A stretch of 64,000 bases of DNA from a virus. The position numbers and the translations under genes were made by a program. The stretch lies in the IMG/VR virus record IMGVR_UViG_3300005805_000058, positions 1-64,000 of that record; one strand, given 5' to 3'. Shown piece after piece: positions 9,363 to 19,100 of the stretch. Every line of letters starts with the position of its first letter. Positions within the stretch are counted from its first letter, which is position 1. The notes beneath the pieces were generated by a model. It was given only the letters and a program-made list of their open reading frames with translations. It ran no database searches and was not told the origin of the DNA.

Positions 9363-12300
9363 TATAATTCAGGAGAGAAACGCTGCTCAAACGGGTTTGA
9401 ACCTTGATAGGTCTGTCAATCAGATTCCTAAAGGTCAGCTCACTTATGCATTGAATGCAGCTGTAGAAAACTTTGACTCTAACTCTGTTAACTATCAGAA
9501 TGAGCCAGGTAATGAGCTATGTCTAAACTTTCCTGAAGACTATCATCTCATAGGCACCCACTTCATCAATGAACAAAGCAAGCATATATTCTTCCTCACT
9601 AACCCTTCTACAGGAGATAGTGAGATTGGTTATATGGATAACAATGACTGTGTCTATCGCAAATACATAGGTGGTAAATGTCTCAACTTTAATATTGACT
9701 ATCCAATACATAAAGCTGTACACAAGATTACAAACTGTACAACAGAAGTGTATTGGACAGATGGTTTGAATCCACGTAGATTCCTTGACCTAAACAACCT
9801 TCCTTACATCACTTCTCCAGGACTTACAGGTTGTGATCCTATTGTTACACCTGAAATTGATTGTAACAAGCTCAAGGTGCAACCAAACTTTGAGATTCCT
9901 CAAATAAGTATTGCTGGTGTAAACAATACAGGAAACCTGACAGCAGGCACCTATCAGTTTGCTATTCAATATGGTGATGCTTCAGGAGATCCTTATACAT
10001 CTTATTATTCAGTGACTAACCCCACTGCTATAGGAAATGTAGAAATCACCACTCCTGATTTTAACTATCCTGTAGGACAGGCTATTGAATTATTAATTAG
10101 TAATCTAGACACCACTGGATATTTCCAGTATTTCAATCTAGCTGTAATAAAGACAGTTAATGCAATCTCCTCAGTGGAGCTTGTTGGAACATATTTCATT
10201 GATCAGGCTTCCAGAAGCATAACTTACACTGGTCAGAATCAAACTCAAATAAGACTCACTCTCAACGATGTGTTTGAGAAGTTTCCTTATTATGATATTG
10301 CTCAAGACCTTACATCTGTTCAGGATGTATTAGTTTGGGACAATCTTACATCAATAGATAGAGTTAATTATCAAAGGATAGCTAACGGTATAACATTAAA
10401 CTGGCAGACTTATAAGCTTCCTGCAGATGAGAATTATGCAGATGGTGCAAACTCTGCTAATCTAAGAGGCTACCTTCGTGACGAAGTGTATGCTTTTGAG
10501 ATAGTGTTTTTATTAGGAAACGGTAAACAAACTGATGGTTTTCATATTCCTGGTAGAGCTAAGAACTTTACAGAACTTTCTCAACCAGATGTTCCTAACA
10601 CCAATCCTGACTTTGTTGGGGATGGTACAAGTGCTCCTTATTGGAAGATATATAACACAGCTTCTGTATCAGGAGTTGGTGCAGGAGAACCAATTGGTAA
10701 CGCAACACCATATCAGTATGGTGAGTTTGCATATTGGGAATCAACAGAAACCTATCCTTGTGATGAGGAAGTGTGGGGAGATTTAGCCAACCAACCAATT
10801 AGACACCATAAATTTCCTGATGTATTAGTTAGTCCAATATTTGAAAGTGGTACACCTACGATTGAATATGATGGAACATACAGTGGATTAAAGATTGAAA
10901 ACAGAGCAACGTTCCCAATAGGTGTTAGATTTGATGCTAACCAAATAAAACAATTAATCGAGTTCTCTAATCTTACAGAGGAAGAAAAGAACAACATTGT
11001 TGGATTCAAGATTGTAAGAGGAAACAGAAATACAAATAAGTCTGTTGTAGCAAAAGGTATATTGAGAAATGTTGGTGAGTATGAAAGAGAAGGAACTTCC
11101 TACTACTTCCCTAACTATCCATACAATGACCTTAGAGTTGACCCATTTCTTTTACAAGAGAACAATGCATACGATTCTGTATGTAGAGAATACAAGGTGA
11201 CTGTAACTAATCCAGCTGGTACAGATATTATATACTTTGATTGTGATAATAATGAACAACAAACATTAAACGTACCTTCTCCACAAGTTGTTAATGTATG
11301 TTCTACAGCTTTTCCAACCCTTACTCTCCCTGCAGATGGTACAGTGGAGGTAACAAATTATGGTGTTTGGAGACTTTGTTCTAAATGGAAGTATCAACTA
11401 ATTACTGGTGGACTTTTCACTGGAAACAGATTTTCCTATCTTCCTCCAAACCAAAAGGATGAAGTAACAGTGTACATAGAAGCTCCATTCCTTGGTCAAG
11501 ATTGTATAGTTGTAAATTCTGTTACAAGACCTGTATTTGTTAGTGGTAATGGTAATTTTACAATCACACTATTGAGTGAGGTGAATGGAGGAACAAAAAA
11601 TTGTACATTTAGTGCTGACAACTTAGATGCATTTAATAACACTAATTCTCCATACAGATATGTATTCAACTCACCAGACACATCGTTTGGTAATCCTTTC
11701 TTAGGAAATGTTCTTAAGCTTGAGAATGCAATATATGGAAAAGGTGATGCACATTTTGTACAAGTTAAAAATAATGCAAACTATAAATTAATTAGTGCAG
11801 AAGCTCAACAGGATGCTTTAACTGCAAGTGAAAAGGTTGCTAAAATTACAACTCCTTTTGATATGACAGCAATGTTTGCTGCATATCAAGCTTATTTGAC
11901 TATTTATATCAATGGTATAACTAGAAAGAACTACGCCAAGTCTTACAACTCAATAGCAGGATATGACTATTCTATTGCTATTGATAACAACTTGGGTGTT
12001 AAACAAAGACAAATTGATGTAGCTCAATACTTGATTCCTGGTGTTCAGAATGTTGGAGACAATCTAAACATTAACAACTTTAACAGAGAATCCTCTGTAT
12101 ACGTTAAGACAATAGACACTAGGGATGGCAATTCTGTATCAAGTCTACCCTATCCTGATAGAACACCAAATGCATTGATAGGAGGAGTCACTCCTGTTAT
12201 TCAGGACAAATCAAGGTATACACTATCTGAAATAGGAAACTGTATAGATCCAGAAAAACAGTTTGAGATATCCACTATAACTTATTATGGATCAATTAAA

Positions 12301-14775
12301 AACATATTTGACAACCAATGGGGTCAGATTTATTCTTATGAAACAATTGACACTGGTTGTCAGGTGATGTTTAATTCTCCAAACTCTGCAATTGTTACAG
12401 CTTTTGGAGGAGATACATTTATTAATAAGTTTTCTTTCAAAACAAAACTTCCATTCTTTATAGACAACAGGGTGGGTGCTCCTGATGATAGTGATATATT
12501 CTATGATGAGATTGGTAATGTAGCCTATCCAAAATACTGGCATTCAGGCAGATCAATTCTTTCAAACTACATCATTAATAAGGATACACCTAATGAAGTT
12601 GAATTAACAAACATTATATCAATCAAAGCTCACAACTTTGATTGTCCTAATTCACAAGCTGTAGATAACCCAGGAAGAACTTTTTATGATGGAAGTTTCT
12701 ATCTGTTTGCTTATGGCGTTCCTACATTCTATTGTGAATCAAATGTTAACGTAGATTTACGTCAAGCATTTAACAATAGAGAGGGTGATTTCTTCCCACA
12801 CGTGAGCACAGGTATTCCTGATCAGTGGCTACAAGAAAGTAATGTTCCTATTGCATTTGACAACACATATTATTACAACCCAACATATTCTAAACAGAAT
12901 ACAGAAAATGTGTTTACACATCTTCCTGTAAACTGGGACAACAACCAATGTTATACAAACTTCCCATTCAGAGCTATTTATTCTGATAGACAACAGAGCT
13001 TTGTTGATAATGAAGTGAACAATTGGTTGATTTACAGACCTATAAGCTTCTTTGATTTTCCACAAAACTTTGGAAATCTTACAAGCTTGGATGGTATTCA
13101 GAACAGAGCAGTTCTTGCTAGATTTGAGAACAAGTCATTGTTATACAACACAATGTTAACAATTGACACAAGCAATCCTCAAGCAGCTTATGTAGGAAAT
13201 GATACATTGTTCAGAAGCGCACCTCCAATAGACTTTGCAGAAACAGACTTGGGATATGTAGGAAGCCAGAACAAGATGCTTCTAAAAATACCACAAGGAC
13301 AAGTCACCGTTGATGCTAAGAGAGGTCAGGTGTTCCTAATCACTGGTAACAGAGCTATGGATTTGTCAGGCTTTGGTTCAGGATTGAACAGGTTCTTTAC
13401 AGATCATTTAGCATTTGAAATACTTAGATATTTTCCTAATGTTCCTACAGATAACCATTTCAATGCTATAGGTTTACATGGCGTGTATGACAGCAAGTTT
13501 GATAGAGTGATTATCACCAAGCTTGACTATATTCCTTTAAGAAATGACATTAAGTATGATGCTGTAGCTAATGAGTTTTATATTGAGAATGTATTTCCTC
13601 AAAACCCTGCTACAACTACTACCACTACAACTCTTCCTCCAACATGTTTCTGTTATGAAGTTGTTATAACTTCTGATGGAGGTGGAGAATCTTTCTCAGG
13701 AGGAATTGTATATAACGATTGTGACACTGGTGAAATGATATACAGGACATTCTTAAATCCTGGAACATATTATCAGTGTGCTGTAGAAGGAACTGTGCAT
13801 TTTTCTTTTGGTGATGGTTCTATAACATTAACTGGAACTTGTGAAGGTTGTGGTGGTACAACAACTACAACTAGTAGTACAACTAGTACAACAACTACAA
13901 CTTATCCAATAATCACTCGTACTGTTGTTGATTTGACAGATGTTAACTATTTCTGTAACAAGTCTTGGTCACTATCATTCAACTTCAATACAATGAGTTG
14001 GATAAGTTTCCATAGCTACATTCCTAACTTCTACATAGCTGAAAACAACTTCTTCTATTCTGGATTGAATGGTAGCTGTGACATAGAAGCACTTGCTGCT
14101 GAGATTGTTCCTACCACTACAACAACTAGTACAACTACAATAGCACCACCTACAACCACTACAACAACTACAGTTCCTCCTCCTGATTGTGCTCTAGCAG
14201 GAACATTGCAGTTGTTAATTTGTGAACTAGCTGGTACAGCAGAACGTATTAGTCCTTTAGATTGTGATTTAGCAGGAACAGCTGAAAAAATATATCCAAC
14301 AACTACAACCACCACAACTGTTCCTCCACTTGATTGTGAATTGGCTGGTACTGCTGAGAGAATAGAACCTGAACCAACTACAACAACCACAACCACAACT
14401 CTACCTCCTGAGTTCTTTTTCTTAGCATTCACTGCTGAAGGAACTGATCAAAGATGTTCTGATTTAGGTGAAGGATGCACAAGTTGTGGCCCTTATTATG
14501 GAGCAAATGGATCAACTCTATCTGAAGGACTTGCTTTATACCAAGATGAAGCATTAACAATTCCTGCAGTGAATGGTTACTACAATGATTGTTGTAACTA
14601 TTGGATTTGTATAGATGGTGTTCTTGGTAGCGGAGGTACATGTGATTGTTATTTTGAAGGAACTGCTGAGAAGATAGAACCTACAACAACAACCACTACT
14701 ACCACTGTTCTTGATTGTGACTTAGCTGGTAGTGCTGAACAAACTAATCCTCCACCCCCTCCTCCTACACCTTAA
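9340..14775 (+). CDS. Tail stabilisation / muzzle protein (P22 gp10-like), N-terminal major part, with Thr/Cys-rich insertions and extension
   Basis: 1811 aa. Motifs GLN.D, YALNA, YWTDG.NP.R, GY.RDEVYAF.I, IRHHKFPD, FGGDTFI, G.YD..FDR.IITK and WISFHSY.P; poly-Thr tracts and DC.LAGTAE repeats at the C-terminus. Confidence 0.8.
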   Translation: MAGEGTTNIIQERNAAQTGLNLDRSVNQIPKGQLTYALNAAVENFDSNSVNYQNEPGNELCLNFPEDYHLIGTHFINEQSKHIFFLTNPSTGDSEIGYMDNNDCVYRKYIGGKCLNFNIDYPIHKAVHKITNCTTEVYWTDGLNPRRFLDLNNLPYITSPGLTGCDPIVTPEIDCNKLKVQPNFEIPQISIAGVNNTGNLTAGTYQFAIQYGDASGDPYTSYYSVTNPTAIGNVEITTPDFNYPVGQAIELLISNLDTTGYFQYFNLAVIKTVNAISSVELVGTYFIDQASRSITYTGQNQTQIRLTLNDVFEKFPYYDIAQDLTSVQDVLVWDNLTSIDRVNYQRIANGITLNWQTYKLPADENYADGANSANLRGYLRDEVYAFEIVFLLGNGKQTDGFHIPGRAKNFTELSQPDVPNTNPDFVGDGTSAPYWKIYNTASVSGVGAGEPIGNATPYQYGEFAYWESTETYPCDEEVWGDLANQPIRHHKFPDVLVSPIFESGTPTIEYDGTYSGLKIENRATFPIGVRFDANQIKQLIEFSNLTEEEKNNIVGFKIVRGNRNTNKSVVAKGILRNVGEYEREGTSYYFPNYPYNDLRVDPFLLQENNAYDSVCREYKVTVTNPAGTDIIYFDCDNNEQQTLNVPSPQVVNVCSTAFPTLTLPADGTVEVTNYGVWRLCSKWKYQLITGGLFTGNRFSYLPPNQKDEVTVYIEAPFLGQDCIVVNSVTRPVFVSGNGNFTITLLSEVNGGTKNCTFSADNLDAFNNTNSPYRYVFNSPDTSFGNPFLGNVLKLENAIYGKGDAHFVQVKNNANYKLISAEAQQDALTASEKVAKITTPFDMTAMFAAYQAYLTIYINGITRKNYAKSYNSIAGYDYSIAIDNNLGVKQRQIDVAQYLIPGVQNVGDNLNINNFNRESSVYVKTIDTRDGNSVSSLPYPDRTPNALIGGVTPVIQDKSRYTLSEIGNCIDPEKQFEISTITYYGSIKNIFDNQWGQIYSYETIDTGCQVMFNSPNSAIVTAFGGDTFINKFSFKTKLPFFIDNRVGAPDDSDIFYDEIGNVAYPKYWHSGRSILSNYIINKDTPNEVELTNIISIKAHNFDCPNSQAVDNPGRTFYDGSFYLFAYGVPTFYCESNVNVDLRQAFNNREGDFFPHVSTGIPDQWLQESNVPIAFDNTYYYNPTYSKQNTENVFTHLPVNWDNNQCYTNFPFRAIYSDRQQSFVDNEVNNWLIYRPISFFDFPQNFGNLTSLDGIQNRAVLARFENKSLLYNTMLTIDTSNPQAAYVGNDTLFRSAPPIDFAETDLGYVGSQNKMLLKIPQGQVTVDAKRGQVFLITGNRAMDLSGFGSGLNRFFTDHLAFEILRYFPNVPTDNHFNAIGLHGVYDSKFDRVIITKLDYIPLRNDIKYDAVANEFYIENVFPQNPATTTTTTTLPPTCFCYEVVITSDGGGESFSGGIVYNDCDTGEMIYRTFLNPGTYYQCAVEGTVHFSFGDGSITLTGTCEGCGGTTTTTSSTTSTTTTTYPIITRTVVDLTDVNYFCNKSWSLSFNFNTMSWISFHSYIPNFYIAENNFFYSGLNGSCDIEALAAEIVPTTTTTSTTTIAPPTTTTTTTVPPPDCALAGTLQLLICELAGTAERISPLDCDLAGTAEKIYPTTTTTTTVPPLDCELAGTAERIEPEPTTTTTTTTLPPEFFFLAFTAEGTDQRCSDLGEGCTSCGPYYGANGSTLSEGLALYQDEALTIPAVNGYYNDCCNYWICIDGVLGSGGTCDCYFEGTAEKIEPTTTTTTTTVLDCDLAGSAEQTNPPPPPPTP

Positions 14776-14805
14776 TAACATTTTTAATATATAAAATAAA
14801 AAAAT

Positions 14806-15309
14806 ATGGCACAAACAGTATTAATAACACTAACCACCGCAGGAACTGATACAGGACCTTTTGATCTGTATTCTGATGCTGATAGTTATGTTACACCATT
14901 TGAAAATGATGTACCAAAAGCATCATTAGTTTCAGGATACACATCAAACTTAGTTCCTGATCTTGCTACAATTATTAGAGTGCAATCTGATAGTCTTTGT
15001 ACCAATTACATTGATCTAACTATTGTTACCACCACCACTACAACAACAACAGCAGCACCTGTGTATGCATTCTCAGGATCTGGATATAGCAACATCAATG
15101 AAAATGATGCTTGTTCTGATGCAATTGCAAATAACAGAACACTCACTTCTGATTGTGCAGTGATTGCTCCAGGTTGTGTAATCTTTACAAATCCTTTGGG
15201 AACTAATCCACTTCTTGGCAACTCCTTTGTACTAATAGGTGGTCAAGGAAACTTTGATTTAGATCCTCTAACTGGTGTTGTATTAGGTGCTTCAGCAATT
15301 CAATGTTAA
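14806..15309 (+). CDS. Two-domain Thr-linker virion decoration protein
   Basis: 167 aa; N-terminal beta module (ITLTTAG.DTGPFDLYSD...VPKASL..G), a TTTTTTTT linker and a Cys-bounded C-terminal domain. Confidence 0.65.
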   Translation: MAQTVLITLTTAGTDTGPFDLYSDADSYVTPFENDVPKASLVSGYTSNLVPDLATIIRVQSDSLCTNYIDLTIVTTTTTTTTAAPVYAFSGSGYSNINENDACSDAIANNRTLTSDCAVIAPGCVIFTNPLGTNPLLGNSFVLIGGQGNFDLDPLTGVVLGASAIQC

Positions 15310-15315
15310 TAATAA

Positions 15316-16188
15316 ATGGCTAAAACAATTGTCATAAGGCTAACTAAGTCTGGCAGCAGAACAAGTACATTCTCCATTTCTGATGATTTGGGGAATGTGC
15401 TTGCATCTGATGTTCCAAAAGAACAACTCATCACTGGGCTAGCTCTCAGTGTTGCAGATTCTGTGAAGGTGGTTATATTGTCTTCTACAGGAATAAACTG
15501 TTGTAACAAGCAATGGAACATTCCTGTAACAACAATCACCACACCAGAACTTGCTGCTATTAACTATCAAGAAGTTAATACAGCATCTATTTGGACACAT
15601 CTGAAGAACCCTGTGATATACAATACATTCTATGGCTGTATCAACCCATACATCATAGAATATCCTTTTGCATATCAATACTATGATGAGATTCTTCAGA
15701 ATGTAAAAGACTACACAAAAGCCTACAAGTATCTACCTAGTGAGTTTGGTGTGTTTGATGACAGCAGAAAGGTGGAGACAGACAATCATTATTTCAACAA
15801 AGCTATTCTATATAACGGTCAGCAGTGTTCTGGTGTATTGGAGCTTGTTCCAAAACCAATGAACAATCTAAAGGAATACATGAAGTATCCTGTGTACAAT
15901 GCTGAGAGTAAGACAATTACATTCACCAAGAGTGATAACTTCTATCAGTATAATACATTCTGGTCGTTAGTTAAAAATAAATCTATACCTTTGTTTACAG
16001 CTAGCTGTGAATCAATGTCAATAGACAAGATTGTAAACCAGTCTAATATGGACTACGGAAAGAGATCCTTTAAGAAGGAGCCTCTAAGAGCAAAAGAACT
16101 GAAGGTGAGACATATTCTAGACAACAAGTCTGACGCACATTTAGTAAGTCAGTTTATCTTTACACCTGCTCAAATCTCTTACAAATAA
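15316..16188 (+). CDS. Muzzle/stabilisation protein C-terminal part fused to an N-terminal beta module
   Basis: After about 85 aa it reads SIWTH...YNTFYG...PYIIE, FNKAILYN.QQCSG.L.L, YNTFW and LR.K...VR..LDN, the motifs I recall following WISFHSY.P in unsplit crAss-like muzzles. Confidence 0.6.
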   Translation: MAKTIVIRLTKSGSRTSTFSISDDLGNVLASDVPKEQLITGLALSVADSVKVVILSSTGINCCNKQWNIPVTTITTPELAAINYQEVNTASIWTHLKNPVIYNTFYGCINPYIIEYPFAYQYYDEILQNVKDYTKAYKYLPSEFGVFDDSRKVETDNHYFNKAILYNGQQCSGVLELVPKPMNNLKEYMKYPVYNAESKTITFTKSDNFYQYNTFWSLVKNKSIPLFTASCESMSIDKIVNQSNMDYGKRSFKKEPLRAKELKVRHILDNKSDAHLVSQFIFTPAQISYK

Positions 16189-19100
16189 TGGCAAAGAAGA
16201 AACTTACATCCAAGAAAGCTAAGAATGGCATTGAAGGAACAATGGGTGGATTGACAGACATTGGATTCAATTACAATGGTGCATGGGGTGGAACAATGCA
16301 AGATGGTGGATTAACATTTCTTGAACCTACAAGTAGAAAGTTACCAAAAGGATATGTTATTCCATATAACACTCCTAGTACAGAGTTAGCAATGTCTATA
16401 GGTGGAGTGGGTAATGAACCAGCTTATTTGATTCCTTCATTTAAGTATGGTAGACTTTTAGAAGATCCTATATCTGAGTTTAGAAAAACAGGAGAACATC
16501 TTGGTGGTCCATTTAAAACATATCAAGAAGCTGATGAATGGGAAAGAACAGTGAGACATCCTTATGTTGAGAAAGGTCAGTCTATTCCTACACCTCTTAA
16601 AAGATGGGGAAAAGACTTTGCAATGGGAGGATCTCTTCCTGGTGCTGTAGGATTCACGTACGCACGTGTAGCAGGAGCTGCTCCTGACAATGGTCCATAT
16701 GCTAAGAAGACAAAGGCTAGTGCACAAGATGGTACATATGTAAAGAAACCAAGAACAGATATGCTCACAATGGATGAGTATAGATTACAACAAGCCCTTG
16801 CAAATCAGCCACAAGTTGCACCATCTTCTAAACCTATAGATATAGAAGAGCGTAATAGAAAGAATAAAGCTTATGCTCAGAAGTATGGTAGAAAATATAA
16901 TGAACGTACAGGAGCTGTAGAACCATTAGTTTCTCCTAGCACAGAGAGAACAATGAACAGGGTTATGGAGAATATAGTAGCTCCATCACTTCTTACTGCA
17001 GATGTAATGTTGGCAGCACCAATAGCTTCTTCTGCTGTAAAAAGTTTAGGTAAAAGTGCGTTAACTAAAATTGGTAAGAAAGCAGTTACATCTCCAAATA
17101 AAGGAATACTAGGAGCCCCTCCTAATGAAATAAGAGTGTCTGAATCTATATTTGGAATGACTCCAGAGCAATTTGCTGAATACAATGCAAGTGAACGACT
17201 ACCAGATGTTGATCCAACAGTACGTATTGGAAGTATTAGAGAGTTTGAAAGAGCTATAGAGGATTGGGGATCTAGAAGCAATATATCAGGGGGTGATCTT
17301 CCTTCTAGATATATTGAAAGATTTCAAGACATAGGAAGTAGATACAATATAAATCTTTCAAATTTTGATATTGAACAGAAGATAAGAAGTCTTTCTCCAA
17401 TTGATAAATCTAAGTTTCTCACTGATATATATCGTGAGTTTCCTACTCGTACAACTCTAAGTGAACTAACTAGAGAAAGAGCAGGGAGAACAGGAGGTTC
17501 AGAAATTTTACCAGAGAGTTATGGAAGAGCAACAGCTTCACAAAGTGTAGGTGCTAGAAATATATCTGGTTTAACAAAAGAAGAAGTTTTAAAAATAGCT
17601 CCTCCTAAAGATAAAGAAGTTATTTCTAAGATGACTGAGGATGAGTTTAGAAAAACTGTAACAAAACCTACAGGTGAAGTGGTTCCTTATTATCAAGGAG
17701 ATTTAATGCCTCAGTTTACAGGTAAACAAAATGTTGAAGCTATTTCTCCCAACCAGTATACAGATTTGTTTAATGCGAATGTAAACAGACTTAATGAAAT
17801 AATAGCAGGAAGAAACAAATCAGGAGTTGAGTATAGAGTTAAAGAATTATCACCAAGTGGTCAGTTGATTTTTGAAACACCTGAACAAGTTATAGTTAAT
17901 GCAAACAGACCTATACCTCAACATTATTTAGACGCTTTTAATAAAATAGATAAACCTGGTTTTTTATATAAAGGTTATGGAGATAAACTTTATTTTTCTA
18001 ACATGGATGGTAGTCCTGGGTTTACATCAAAACAAGAAGCTAAAGAATGGATCACTGATATTATAGAAAAAGAAAGAGGAACAAAAATAAAAAGTGGAGA
18101 GAGTACATGGAGTGTAGGTATAAATCCTGGGAAATGGGAAGGTGAGGTGGAAGATATTGCTAGTTCTATGTATTATAGATCTATACCTGGATTGGATATG
18201 AGAAACACTGGAGCTAGTGTTTTTTCTGATAGAACTCCAAGAAGGGGTACAGGTGCATATGAAAGTATAAATGAATATTTAAAAGAATTAGGATTAGGTA
18301 GGGTTAAACCAGGATTTAATTCTCAAACAGAATATTCTAGAGGTCTTTGGGAAAATGCTGTAAAGAAGGGAAAAGCTTTTGGTTTTTATAATGATCCAAG
18401 AGTTGTATATGGATCAATGAGAAGTTTATTACCATATGCAGGACTAGGAGCTTTAGGAGCAGGAGCAATAGAACAAAAGAGAGACGGTGGTGAAATGAAA
18501 TACTACCAAGAAGGATTGGATTTTAAACCTAAGACAATTAGTAAAGATGGTTCTATTCTCACTCCTTACGGACAATGGGAATATCCTGGTGAGATAACAA
18601 CCATCCCATCTAATGAAATAACAATGCAAGGAGTGCCTTATCCTGTTCTTGGTATATCAGATGAGGGAGATGTGCAAATGATGTATCCTGGAGAGGATTA
18701 CACATTTGATGGTAAAAGCGTGACAGAATATCCTATGATGCAGGGAGGTGGTTCACTTCCTACAAGAGGCGATAGTTTAAGAGTGTACAATGCTCAACTT
18801 GCACTTAATAATTTTTACAATAAGGAAGTTAAGGCTGGTAGATTGAAAAAAAGCACTCAGCTACCTTTTGATGTATATCCAAAGATTTTTGATAATGAAT
18901 TAACTTCTAGAAACCTAGAGTTCTATCGTGAAACGATATCAGACAGAAAAAGAAGACATCAACGTGGTGGTGGATATTTTGATGATCAGTATAAAAAGTA
19001 TTTTAACCTAACTCCTGAACAAGTTAAAAAGTTAGAAAATCAAGGACTTGGTATAACTAAAAGTAGCACTCCAAATGTAGAATATTATAGAGATCTAATA

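Noticed and set aside
14776-15315. Self-splicing intron or intein explaining the split muzzle
   Set aside because: No homing endonuclease, intron core or intein terminal motifs are visible; the intervening ORF looks structural and has its own A-rich start.
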